Shown here: positions 20,654 to 31,363 of the stretch, piece after piece
Layout: every line of letters begins with the position of its first letter
How positions within the stretch are numbered: position 1 is the first letter of the stretch
NCBI GenBank assembly: GCA_040386535.1
Contig: JAZKFH010000032.1
Coordinates: 192,001 to 256,000, forward strand
Reading direction: 5' to 3'
Length of the DNA: 64,000 nucleotides
Source: Myxococcota bacterium
GTDB lineage: Bacteria > Myxococcota_A > UBA796 > SXON01
Made by a program: the position numbers and the translations under genes
Notes under the pieces: generated by a model
The model's database searches: none
Seen by the model: only the letters and a program-made list of their open reading frames with translations
What the model was told of the DNA's origin: nothing

Positions 20654-22242
20654 TGCGCCGCGTCCTCTTGCTCGCGCTGCTCGTCTCGGGTCCCCTCGCG
20701 GGCCCCGCGATGGCGAAGCCGAAGGCTGACCCGGCGCCTACCGCCGCGGCGGCCGCTCCGGCGGCGCCCGTCGCCAAGCCCATCGATCCGGCCAAGCTCG
20801 CGAAGGCCCGCGCCGAGGCCTTCACCGAGTACGACACCCAGCTCGCCTCCGGGCAGAAGGCCCGCGCGGCGGACGCGCTGGTCGCTCTCGTCGAGAACCC
20901 GGCCCAGGCCGCGTTCCACGCCGAGGCCTACGGCAAGCTCGGGGACCTGTTCCTCGGGCTCGACCTCCCCTACGCCGCCGTCACCGCGTGGACCCGCGCG
21001 TTCAGCGCCGCGGACGATACGAACGTCGCCGAGATCGGCCTGTTCGTGCCCAAGGCGATCGCGACCGCCAAGAAGGTCGGCGACAGCGCGATCCTGGAGG
21101 AGCCGTTCTCCAAGAACCTGGGGCTCGCCCGCACGGAGGACGTGCGTGGGGAGATGGCGTTCCTCGCCGCGCGCGAAGCGTTCCACGACGACAGCTTCGG
21201 CCTCGGCCTCGGCATGTTGAAGATGGTCAAGGAAGGCGACCCGATCTACCCCGACGCCAAGGCGCTCGAGGGCGTGATCATGAACCAGCAGGGGCGCCCG
21301 GAAGACGCGTTGAAGCCCTTCGAGGCCGCGCAGAACGCGGGCCGCGACAAGGACATCCGCTTCAAGGACTCCGTCACGCTCAACATGGCGCGCAGCTACT
21401 ACGCCGCGGGCAACTACCCGCGCGCGATCCAGGGCTACGCGGGCGTGTCACGCGGCAGCGAGTTCTGGCCCCAGGCCCAGTTCGAACGCGCGTGGTCCCA
21501 CTTCCGCATCGACGATCTGAACGGCACGCTCGGCGTGTTGTACTCGCTCGACACGCCGTTCTTCACGACCTGGTACTTCCCCGAAGCGGATCTGCTGCGC
21601 ATCTACGCGATGTTCCTGATGTGCAAGTTCCCCGAGGCGAACACCGAGATCGAGGCGTTCCGGACCTTCTACAAGCCCATCCACCAGTCGCTCCAGGGCT
21701 GGAACGGCAAGTCCGACAAGGACACGTTCGAGCTCGCGCGCCGCTACGCGGAGAGCGGCAAGTACGATCCGCTGCCCGAGGCGATCCTGCGGCCCTTCGC
21801 CACCGAGGACCGCCTGCTCTCGAGCATCGCGGCGGTGAAGAGCGCGGATGACGAGCTGGAGCGCCTCAAGGCGGTCTCGGCCAACCCCTTCAGCGAGACT
21901 GCCCGCCGCTGGGTGACCGAGCGCCGGGACGTGATGGTGGACGCCGAAGGCGCCCGCATCGGCGCCCGCATCGCCGAGCAGGAGGCCCAGGTGGGCCAGA
22001 TGCTGGACGACACCGAGATCTTCATCCTCGACATCCTGCGCATGAAGGGGCTGCTGTACCAGCAGGCCGCCGCCATCGGGAAGATGCCGGACGCCGCTCG
22101 CGTCGTGAAGCGCGAGGAGCGCGTCCGGAAGGGCTGGCGCGAGTGGCCGTACGAAGGCGAGATCTGGGCGGACGAGCTCGGGTACTACCGGGTCGACGCC
22201 GCTCCCGAGTGCCCGGCGGGCCTCGCGCGGGGCCAGAAGTAG
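20653..22242 (+). CDS. Periplasmic TPR protein, GltC-like
   Basis: Signal peptide, TPRs, 'AQFERAW...YFPEA..L...CKF' and C-terminal WPYEGEIWADELGYYR...C. Confidence 0.75.
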   Translation: MRRVLLLALLVSGPLAGPAMAKPKADPAPTAAAAAPAAPVAKPIDPAKLAKARAEAFTEYDTQLASGQKARAADALVALVENPAQAAFHAEAYGKLGDLFLGLDLPYAAVTAWTRAFSAADDTNVAEIGLFVPKAIATAKKVGDSAILEEPFSKNLGLARTEDVRGEMAFLAAREAFHDDSFGLGLGMLKMVKEGDPIYPDAKALEGVIMNQQGRPEDALKPFEAAQNAGRDKDIRFKDSVTLNMARSYYAAGNYPRAIQGYAGVSRGSEFWPQAQFERAWSHFRIDDLNGTLGVLYSLDTPFFTTWYFPEADLLRIYAMFLMCKFPEANTEIEAFRTFYKPIHQSLQGWNGKSDKDTFELARRYAESGKYDPLPEAILRPFATEDRLLSSIAAVKSADDELERLKAVSANPFSETARRWVTERRDVMVDAEGARIGARIAEQEAQVGQMLDDTEIFILDILRMKGLLYQQAAAIGKMPDAARVVKREERVRKGWREWPYEGEIWADELGYYRVDAAPECPAGLARGQK

Positions 22243-22328
22243 CGCGCAGTGGTCTCCGGAACGTGACGACATCGTCCCCGGCGGCCGGACCGCGCCGGGG
22301 ATAGCCGGCCGTCCTCCCGTGGCCCCCG

Positions 22329-22913
22329 ATGCTCGGTTCGTTCGATCAGGTGTTCGTGCCCGTGTTCGTGGCCATGAGCCCGCTCACGGTGCTGCCGGTG
22401 TTCCTCTCGATGACCGAGGGCTACACCATTCCCCAGGCGCAGTCGCTCGCGCGGCGCGCCATCGTCACGGCGTTCACCGTCGCGATGGCCATCACGCTCG
22501 TCGGGCAGTGGGTCTTCCAGCTGCTCGGCATCACGGTGAACGACCTGCGCGTGGCGGGCGGCCTGATCCTGCTCTCCATCGCGATGTACGACCTCATCCT
22601 GTCCAAGGAGCGTCGCAAGGCGGACGACACGGACGACGTGGGGGTGGTCCCACTCGGCACGCCGCTCATCGTAGGCCCGGGCACGATGACCGCGTGCCTC
22701 GTCCTCGCCGACACCCACGGGCGCGGCCTCGTCATCGTGGCGCTGGTGCTGAACCTCGCGCTCACTGCGATCCTCCTCTACAACGCCCAGCGGCTCCAGG
22801 GCCTGCTGCGCCCCGCGGTGACCCGCGCCTTCGGCAAGGTGATGGCGCTCTTCCTCGCGGCCATCGCGGTGAGCATGATGCGGGTGGGGATCACCGCGTT
22901 CTTCCGCGGCTGA
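22329..22913 (+). CDS. MarC family membrane protein
   Basis: PL...PVFLSMT, RVAGGLILL, VVPLGTPLIVGPG. Confidence 0.9.
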   Translation: MLGSFDQVFVPVFVAMSPLTVLPVFLSMTEGYTIPQAQSLARRAIVTAFTVAMAITLVGQWVFQLLGITVNDLRVAGGLILLSIAMYDLILSKERRKADDTDDVGVVPLGTPLIVGPGTMTACLVLADTHGRGLVIVALVLNLALTAILLYNAQRLQGLLRPAVTRAFGKVMALFLAAIAVSMMRVGITAFFRG

Positions 22914-22950
22914 CCTCGTTCGACGCCCTCCGGGGAGGTTAGGACCGCGC

Positions 22951-23395
22951 ATGGTGATTGCCCTCTCCGTCGGCGTCGGATCCCTGGTGATCGTCGTCGC
23001 CCTCGCGCTCCACGTCGTGCGGCTGTCTCCGGATGGTTGAACGCGCCCGGCTCGAGTTCGCCTCCCCGTTCGACGAGCGGCTCTTCCTCGAGGGCCCCCC
23101 GGCGATGTTCACGCTCGACCCCATGGGGCGCCTCCGGGTCGACCCCGAGCGCACGCGTGAGGGCTACCTGCTCATCGGCTCGCCCCAGGGGCGCGACCCC
23201 GGGCACTACGTGCTGTTCGACCGGGCGACCGGGCTGCGCATGTACATGCTGGTGAGCCACTCCATCCTGGCCACGTGCCAGCCCCGGGCAGATGTGCGGC
23301 GGCACGCCGACTACGCGTCAGCGATCGCCGAGGCCATGGAGCAGTGGTCCATGCCCGCTCCCCAGGCTCTCGACGGAGGCGACGAGGAGTCCTGA
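22951..23395 (+). CDS. Hypothetical membrane-anchored protein apparently split by a +1 frameshift (22951-23040 and 23033-23395)
   Basis: RBS then a 29-aa TM ORF (MVIALSVGVGSLVIVVALALHVVRL) whose end overlaps ORF 23033..23395. Confidence 0.5.
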
Positions 23396-24088
23396 CACGT
23401 AGGCGATGCCCTGGTCGCACGCGTCGGCCAGCGGCAGGCCGCGCGCGAGCCCCGCGGCGATCGCCGAGGACAACGTGCAGCCCGTGCCGTGCGTGTTCCG
23501 CGAGGTGACGCGGGGGTGGTGCCAGGCGCGCTCGCCCCCCGGCCCCTCGACGCCCGGCCCCACGAGGCGGTCGATCACCACGTCACCCTCGGAGTGCCCG
23601 CCCTTGTAGAGCACCGTGGCGCCGCCCAGGTCCCCGAGGGCCTCGGCCTCCGGCACGTTGGGCGTGACCAGCGTAGCCAGCGGGACCAGGCGCTCGCGCA
23701 GCGCCGCGACGGCGTCGGCGTGGAGCAGCGACGCCCCGCCCTTGGCGATCATCACCGGGTCGAGCACGATGGGCGGACACGACGGGAGGGCGGCCAGAAA
23801 ATCGGCCACGACCCCGATGGTGACGGCGTCGCCGAGCATGCCGATCTTCACCGCGTCGACCGGCAGGTCGGCGAACACCGCCGCGAGCTGGGCGCGGATG
23901 CCCTCCGCCGGCACCGGCCACACCCCGGTGACCCCGCGCGTGTTCTGCGCGGTAATCGCGGTGACCACGCTCATGCCGTACACGCGGTGGTCGAGGAAGG
24001 TCTTGAGGTCGGCCTGGATGCCCGCACCCCCGCCGGAATCGGAGCCGGCGATGGTCAGGGCGGTGCGGGGGCGGGTGGGAGGACGCAT
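23318..24088 (-). CDS. thiD: Hydroxymethylpyrimidine/phosphomethylpyrimidine kinase
   Basis: [40 protein letters not shown]. Confidence 0.95.
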   Translation of the reverse strand: MRPPTRPRTALTIAGSDSGGGAGIQADLKTFLDHRVYGMSVVTAITAQNTRGVTGVWPVPAEGIRAQLAAVFADLPVDAVKIGMLGDAVTIGVVADFLAALPSCPPIVLDPVMIAKGGASLLHADAVAALRERLVPLATLVTPNVPEAEALGDLGGATVLYKGGHSEGDVVIDRLVGPGVEGPGGERAWHHPRVTSRNTHGTGCTLSSAIAAGLARGLPLADACDQGIAYVSGLLVASVESLGSGHGPLLHGLGDR

Positions 24089-24111
24089 CCCGACGGGATA
24101 ACCCCGCGGCC

Positions 24112-24603
24112 ATGGCTCCCAGCGACAAGGCGGTCGGCGCCGACCCCCGCCAGCTCCCCGGATGTGGGCTCGCCGTGTTCGCGATGCTCCTGGTCTGCAT
24201 CTTCACGGTCGGGATCACCGGCGTGTTGTTCTCGACCTTCAGCATCCTGCAGTCGGGCAACGAGCTCACCCCGCGGCGCCTGTCCTACGGCGGCGTGGTC
24301 GATCCCGTGATGCTCGTCCCCCTCCAGGAGGCCGGCCTCATCGCCGTCGGCGAGATCCCCGACGCCTACCACGCCGAGAACGTGCCCGGCACGGAGGCGT
24401 GCGCCATCAGCGGCGGCAAGGTGATGCGCATCGGGGTCGATGGCAAGAAGGTGATGCCCCTCGCGAGCATCACCTCGGTCACCGGGTCGGACGCCGAGGT
24501 GGTGATACACGGCGCGGAAGTATCAGGTGACACATCCCTCGTGTGTCACTTCGGCCCGGACGAAGGCGGTGAGCGCTTCAAGCGGATGTTGGAGAACCGG
24601 TAG
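24112..24603 (+). CDS. Hypothetical membrane-anchored protein
   Basis: Single N-terminal TM; coding-like codon usage. Confidence 0.6.
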   Translation: MAPSDKAVGADPRQLPGCGLAVFAMLLVCIFTVGITGVLFSTFSILQSGNELTPRRLSYGGVVDPVMLVPLQEAGLIAVGEIPDAYHAENVPGTEACAISGGKVMRIGVDGKKVMPLASITSVTGSDAEVVIHGAEVSGDTSLVCHFGPDEGGERFKRMLENR

Positions 24604-24608
24604 GCCCT

Positions 24609-25472
24609 CTACCCCTCCCGCACCCAGCCCACGATGCGCGCCGCGGCCGCATCCGGCTCCTCCACCTCGGTGTCGACATGCAGCTCCGCCTGCGCGTAGA
24701 GCGGCGTGCGCGCCCCGAGGATGCTCTTGAGCTCGGCCAGCGCGTCGTCGCGGCCGCGCATCGGGCGGAAGTCCCCCTGTGCCTCGACGCGCCCCAGGTG
24801 GGACTCCGGGGACGCCTGGAGCCACACGGTGCGCGCGCCGCGCCGGAGCACCTCCCAGCTGTCGGGGGCGGTGACCACGGAGCCCCCGGTGGCGAGCACC
24901 ATGCCGCCCCGCGCCGCGAGGAGCGAGTCGAGCGCCTGGCGCTCCAGCTCGCGGTAGCGGCCCGGCCCGTGGTACTCGAAGATCGCGCCCAGGCGCACGC
25001 CGGCGGCGGCCTCGATGACCGCGTCGACCTCGCGAAAGGGCAGCCCGAGGAGCGCGGCCACCTTCGCGCCGACCGTGGTCTTGCCCGCACCGCGCAGCCC
25101 CACCAGCGCGATGACCGCGGGGGCGTGCACCTCGCGAAGCGCCCGGCGCCGCGCCTCGCCTTGCAGGGAGGCGAGCTTGTCGGTGTCGTCGTGAACCGGG
25201 CCGCCGCCCGCCACCAGGGTGGCCAGCGACACCCCCAGGGCTTGCGCGACCTCGGCCAGCCGGAGGATGCTCATGTTGGCGTCGCTCCGTTCGAGGGACG
25301 CCACGTAGCGTAGGCTCACCCCGGAGACGCGGGCGAGCTCCTCCTGGGTCCACCCCTTCTCGGCCCGACGCGCGCGCACGCGGGCCGCGAGGAGACCAAG
25401 GAGGGGCGCTGGCGCCTCCGGCGACTCGCCGAACGACCCTTCATGCAGTATCTTGCCAGTGCGCTCACTCAC
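24609..25472 (-). CDS. boxR: BzdR/BoxR-family regulator (XRE HTH fused to shikimate-kinase-like domain); start uncertain
   Basis: HTH (WTQEELARVSGVSLRYVASLE) fused to GLRGAGKTT...LATGG...RVEAQGDFRPM; divergent from boxC. Confidence 0.88.
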   Translation of the reverse strand: MSERTGKILHEGSFGESPEAPAPLLGLLAARVRARRAEKGWTQEELARVSGVSLRYVASLERSDANMSILRLAEVAQALGVSLATLVAGGGPVHDDTDKLASLQGEARRRALREVHAPAVIALVGLRGAGKTTVGAKVAALLGLPFREVDAVIEAAAGVRLGAIFEYHGPGRYRELERQALDSLLAARGGMVLATGGSVVTAPDSWEVLRRGARTVWLQASPESHLGRVEAQGDFRPMRGRDDALAELKSILGARTPLYAQAELHVDTEVEEPDAAAARIVGWVREG

Positions 25473-25490
25473 ACGTGCAGTATACTTCCA
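25443..25490. promoter_or_regulatory. Two putative BoxR operator boxes (ATGCAGTATCTTGCCA, GTGCAGTATACTTCCA)
   Basis: TGCAGTAT repeated at 25444 and 25476; resembles the TGCA-N6-TGCA boxes bound by BzdR/BoxR. Confidence 0.6.
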
Positions 25491-25507
25491 CATCCGGACC
25501 CGGTGCC

Positions 25508-27126
25508 ATGGCTGAAGTCTCCTTCCCTCCCGTCTCCTTCGACACGCATCCCACGCGCTACGCGCACTGGCAGCTCTCGGTCGAGGGCGCGGTCGCCACG
25601 ATGACCATGCGGGTGCAGGAAGATCGGCCGATGTGGCCCGGCTACGAGCTCAAGCTCAACAGCTACGATCTGTCCGTCGACATCGAGCTCGCCGACGCCG
25701 TGCAGCGCCTCCGCTTCGAGCATCCCGAGGTGCGCGCCGTGGTGGTCACCGGCGGGTACGACAAGATCTTCTGCGCGGGCGCGAACATCCGCATGCTCGC
25801 GAGCTCCAGCCACGCGTTCAAGGTGAACTTCTGCAAGTTCACCAACGAGACCCGCTGCGGCATCGAGGACGCGACGACCCACAGCGGCCAGACCTGGATC
25901 GCGGCGCTCAACGGCACGGCGTCCGGCGGCGGCTACGAGCTGGCCGAGGCGTGCGAGGAGATCTACCTCATCGATGACGGCAACTCGGCCGTCTCCCTGC
26001 CCGAAGTGCCTCTGCTCGGCGTGCTCCCCGGCACCGGCGGCCTCACGCGCCTCACCGACAAGCGGAAGGTCCGGCGCGACATGGCCGACCTGTTCTGCAC
26101 CAAGGCCGAGGGCTTCAAGGCGCGCGACGCGGTGAAGTATCGCTTCGTGGACGGGAGTTTTCCCCGCTCCAAGTGGGCCGACGGCATCAAGGCCCGCGCC
26201 GCCGCCATCGTGGCCGCCGCCAGGCCCCGCGAGGCCACAGGCTTCCCCCTCCCCGCGGTGCTCCCCGAGACCACGGCCGACGGCTTCGCCTACCGCTCCA
26301 TCAAGGTGCAGATCGACCCGGTCGCCCGCACTGCCGCGCTGACCATCCTCGCGCCGACGGACGCCCCGAGCGCCACGGCCGACACGTGGTCCCTCCGCGC
26401 GTGGCGCGAGCTCGACGACGCGCTGCTGCGCCTGCGCTTCAACTACCTCGACATCGGGCTCGTCACCATGCGCGCGCTGGGCGAGGCCGACGCCGTGCTC
26501 GCGCACGACGCCGCGCTGGACGACGGCTCGTGGTTCGCCACCGAGGTCCGCTTCTTCCAGGCGCGCGTGCTCCGCCGCCTCGACAACATGGCGAAGTCGC
26601 TCTTCTCCATCCTCGAGCCCGGCAACGCCTTCGCGGGCAGCCTGTTCGAGGTGGTGCTCGCCTCCGACCGCTCCTACATGCTCGCGGACGACGACGGCGA
26701 GAACCGCGTCCGCGTCACCGCGGCGAGCGGCGGCCGCTTCCCGATGTCGAGCGGCCAGTCACGCCTCCAGGCCCGGTTCCCCGGCACCCCCGATCTGATC
26801 GCCAAGGTGCTCGCGGTGAACGACTGGATCGACGCCACCAAGGCCGAGCGGCTCGAGCTGGTCACGGCGACGCCCGACGCGATCGACTGGGACGACGAGG
26901 TGCGCATCGCCGTCGAGGAGCGCATCAGCCTCTCGCCCGACGCGCTCACCGGCATGGAGCAGAACCTGCGCTTCGGCGGCGCGGAGTCCTGCGACACCAA
27001 GATCTTCGGTCGTCTCACCGCGTGGCAGAACTGGATCTTCCAGCGCCCCAACGCGGTCGGCGAGCGGGGAGCTCTCAAGATGTTCGGCGCGCCCGAGCGG
27101 GCCGTCTTCGACTACCGGAGGACCTG

Positions 27127-27127
<1 letters not shown>
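25508..27127 (+). CDS. boxC: 2,3-epoxybenzoyl-CoA dihydrolase
   Basis: YELKLNSYDLSVDIELADAVQRLRFEHPEV, KVNFCKFTNETR, FGRLTAWQNWIFQRPNAVG. Confidence 0.95.
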
Positions 27128-28542
<1,415 letters not shown>

Positions 28543-28551
28543 GGGCCGCTG

Positions 28552-28857
28552 ATGGGACTGCGCGACCGCATCGGGGGTGGCCTGGAGCGCGCCCTCGGCC
28601 TCGGCCCCTCCGACGAGCCGCGGGCGCTTTCGGTCGAGGGGCCGCCGCGGCGCGCGGTCCGGCCCGTCGTGTCGACGCCGGGCGCGCGCGTTCGCCTGTC
28701 CCGCGATGGCTGGGACGGCGAGCTCGCCCGTGTGTTGCTCATGTGTCACCGCAGGGGCGTGCCCGTGGAGCTCGTGGAGGGGGAGAACGGGATCTGGCTC
28801 GATGGTTTGGCGGTGTCGTCCCTCGAGCTGCGCGCCCGCCTCACTGATACACGGTGA
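28552..28857 (+). CDS. Small hypothetical protein
   Basis: Fills the gap between boxB and crcB with 9-nt and 3-nt spacers. Confidence 0.5.
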   Translation: MGLRDRIGGGLERALGLGPSDEPRALSVEGPPRRAVRPVVSTPGARVRLSRDGWDGELARVLLMCHRRGVPVELVEGENGIWLDGLAVSSLELRARLTDTR

Positions 28858-28860
28858 ACC

Positions 28861-29220
28861 ATGCCGCCGCTTCGTGAGGTCCTGCTCGTCGCGCTCGGCG
28901 GCGGGCTCGGCTCGACCCTCCGCTTCCTCGCGGCCTCAGCGATGACGCGCCTCTTCCCCGCGTTTCCGCTCGGCACGCTGCTCGTGAACGTGGTCGGGTG
29001 CTTCGCGATGGGCCTGCTCGCCGGGCTGACCTCGGACCGCTCGCTGCGCGCCGCGCTCGGCGTGGGGCTGCTCGGAGGGTTCACCACGTTCTCCGCCTTC
29101 GGCGGCGACACGCTGGCGCTCGCGCAGGGCGGGGCGATGAAGCTCGCGGCGGTGAACGTGCTCGCGAACGTCGGCCTCGGGCTGCTCGCGGTGTGGGCCG
29201 GGCGCGCGCTGGTGAGCTGA
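28861..29220 (+). CDS. crcB: Fluoride channel Fluc/CrcB
   Basis: GGGLGSTLR, PLGTLLVNVVGCF, GGFTTFSAF. Confidence 0.93.
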   Translation: MPPLREVLLVALGGGLGSTLRFLAASAMTRLFPAFPLGTLLVNVVGCFAMGLLAGLTSDRSLRAALGVGLLGGFTTFSAFGGDTLALAQGGAMKLAAVNVLANVGLGLLAVWAGRALVS

Positions 29221-29223
29221 CCG

Positions 29224-29883
29224 CTACGGCGCGGGGGACGAGGGCGTCCATCCGCCGGGATAATCGCCGGCCAACCGAAGCTCGCGGGCCCCGAAGTGCA
29301 GCGTGACCCCGCCCGCCAGGAGCCCGACCATACCCGCGACGGAGAGCACGGTGTTGCCGCCGCTCGGGTAGACGTCGATCCCGTAGTTGCTCCGCAACGA
29401 GGCCCACGAGACATTGGGCGACGGGCCGACGACACCGGAGCCGGCGAGCAGGCTCGCGCCGCCTGTCGCGAGGAGCAATGCGCCAATGCCGGTGCTGACT
29501 CCGCCGCGCCGGGCGTGCGCCACCCGGGCGGACGGGGGCCCGGGCAACACGTCCCGCTCGTCCGGCGCGTCGTGGATCTCCGCGGCGAGCACGCGTGGAT
29601 CCGCCCACGGCACCGGGCTGGCGGGCGGCGGCGTCGTCAGCGCGCCGGACTGGGCGGCCTCGGCCTGCTCGGCCTGCCCGATCGTGTACCCCCACGTCGT
29701 GAGTGTCTCTGCGCTCACGCCGCGGCGGAGCAGGTAGACGGCGGTGGGCGCGTCGGTCCCCACGCTCTCGGCCATGCGGGCGGCGGTCTCGACGGGGAGG
29801 CCACGCCCGTGGGCGAGCACGAGGTCCTCGGCGGTGAAGGTGGCGGCGTGGGCAGACAGGGCGGCGATCAGGAGGAGGGACAT
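29224..29883 (-). CDS. Secreted/membrane hypothetical protein, paralog B
   Basis: Signal peptide + HAATFTAEDLV domain; C-terminal TM pair ending HFGARELRLA. Confidence 0.7.
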   Translation of the reverse strand: MSLLLIAALSAHAATFTAEDLVLAHGRGLPVETAARMAESVGTDAPTAVYLLRRGVSAETLTTWGYTIGQAEQAEAAQSGALTTPPPASPVPWADPRVLAAEIHDAPDERDVLPGPPSARVAHARRGGVSTGIGALLLATGGASLLAGSGVVGPSPNVSWASLRSNYGIDVYPSGGNTVLSVAGMVGLLAGGVTLHFGARELRLAGDYPGGWTPSSPAP

Positions 29884-29905
29884 CGGGGGCTCCGGCGGGC
29901 AGGGA

Positions 29906-30736
29906 TCAGAGGGCAGTCTCATCGAGCCAGGCGCCGCGATCACTCGCGGCGAGGCGGAGCTGGCGGGCCCCGAAGTGAAAGGTGACGCTCCCCGCGAGGA
30001 CGCCGAGCGCGCCCGCGGCCATCATCAGCGGGTTCGGCTCGCCTACGGTCGAGAGGGAGAGCGCGCCCCCGTAGTCCAGCCGACCCCACGAGTAGCCCCC
30101 GCCGCCCCAGCTGTTCGTGGGCAGGTCCGGGCCCATCGCACCGCCGAGAATGGTCATCGTCCCCGCGATCGCGAGGATGGATCCGAAGGCTACCCCGGTG
30201 TTCCCGCGGCGCTGGTGCACCACGTAGGAGGGGAGGCCGCGCCGCGGCGCGTCGGTGTCGAGCAGCGAGTCCCGTACGGCATGGTCGATCGGGCGCGCGT
30301 CCACCCACACGTCGCGCACCTCGGGGCGCTCGACGGTGACCACGTCGGCGGAGGTCCGGAGCACCACGCGCGCCGGCTCCAGGTCCACCACGTTGCCCGC
30401 GACGCGTGGCCCTTCGTTGCGTTCGAGGCCCACCGGGAGCTCCGTCATCTCGGACCAGTCGGTGTCCGACACCCCGGCCACGGGGGCCGCGAGCGCGCCG
30501 AGCCGCATCGCCGTGATGCCCTCCGCGTCGGCGACGGCGTACCCCCACGCCCGCACCGCCTCGGGCGGCACTCCGCGTCGCAACAGGTAGACAGCCGTGT
30601 CGGAGCCGGTGCCGACGCTCTCGGCCATCCTGGCGGTGGTCTCCGTCGCGAGGCCCCGCGCGTGCGCGCGCACGAGGTCTTCGGCGGTGAACGTGGCCGC
30701 GTGTGTGGGGAACGCGGCGGCGAGAAGCAGGATCAT
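29906..30736 (-). CDS. Secreted/membrane hypothetical protein, paralog A
   Basis: Same N- and C-terminal blocks as 29224..29883. Confidence 0.7.
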   Translation of the reverse strand: MILLLAAAFPTHAATFTAEDLVRAHARGLATETTARMAESVGTGSDTAVYLLRRGVPPEAVRAWGYAVADAEGITAMRLGALAAPVAGVSDTDWSEMTELPVGLERNEGPRVAGNVVDLEPARVVLRTSADVVTVERPEVRDVWVDARPIDHAVRDSLLDTDAPRRGLPSYVVHQRRGNTGVAFGSILAIAGTMTILGGAMGPDLPTNSWGGGGYSWGRLDYGGALSLSTVGEPNPLMMAAGALGVLAGSVTFHFGARQLRLAASDRGAWLDETAL

Positions 30737-30850
30737 CGGGGGCTCCGGGGGCGGTCGGGTTCGGCTTGACACAGTCTAGACATGACTCGCCGGGCTTGGG
30801 GGAGCGGGTGTGGAAAAAGCCGCGGCCACCGGCGCGCGATAGGAGGCGCC

Positions 30851-31363
30851 ATGCCTTCCGAGCACATCCTCTCGCTCTCGGTGAACGGAGAGCCGGTCCG
30901 CCGGCTGGTCCCGTCGCACCGCTCGCTCCTCGAGCTGCTGCGTGACGACCTCGATCTCACCGGCACCAAGCACGGGTGCGACGTGGGCGACTGCGGCGCC
31001 TGCACCGTGCTGGTCGACGGGGTGGCGCGACTCTCGTGCATCACCCTCGCCGTGGAGATGGCGGGGCGCGAGGTGGGCACGATCGAGGGCGTTGCGCAGG
31101 GCGACCGCCTGCACCCCGTGCAGACCGCGTTCGACAAACACGTCGCCAGCCAGTGCGGCTACTGCACGCCAGGCATCGTGCTCGCGCTCATCGCGCTGCT
31201 GGAGGAGGACCCCCACCCCGACGACGACACGCTGAAGCAGACGCTCGGCTCCAACATCTGCCGCTGCACCGGCTACACGAAGATCCTCGCCGCCGCGCGG
31301 GAAGCCGCCGGGCGTGCCCCTCCGGAAGGGCCTGGCTCCGAGACCACCGGGGGCGCCCGATGA
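30851..31363 (+). CDS. hcrC: (2Fe-2S) subunit of xanthine-oxidase-family enzyme (4-hydroxybenzoyl-CoA reductase gamma-like)
   Basis: GTKHGCDVGDCGACT, QCGYCTPG, NICRCTGY; AGGAGG RBS. Confidence 0.8.
   Translation: MPSEHILSLSVNGEPVRRLVPSHRSLLELLRDDLDLTGTKHGCDVGDCGACTVLVDGVARLSCITLAVEMAGREVGTIEGVAQGDRLHPVQTAFDKHVASQCGYCTPGIVLALIALLEEDPHPDDDTLKQTLGSNICRCTGYTKILAAAREAAGRAPPEGPGSETTGGAR

Noticed and set aside
24089..24111. TPP riboswitch upstream of thiD
   Set aside because: Only a 23-bp divergent gap, and no CTGAGA core
28552..28860. Fluoride riboswitch upstream of crcB
   Set aside because: No recognisable consensus; the space is occupied by an ORF
30763..30791. dif-like site (CTGTGTCAAGC arm with TCTAGA spacer on the minus strand)
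   Set aside because: The XerC arm does not match, and the apparent skew direction is opposite to a terminus
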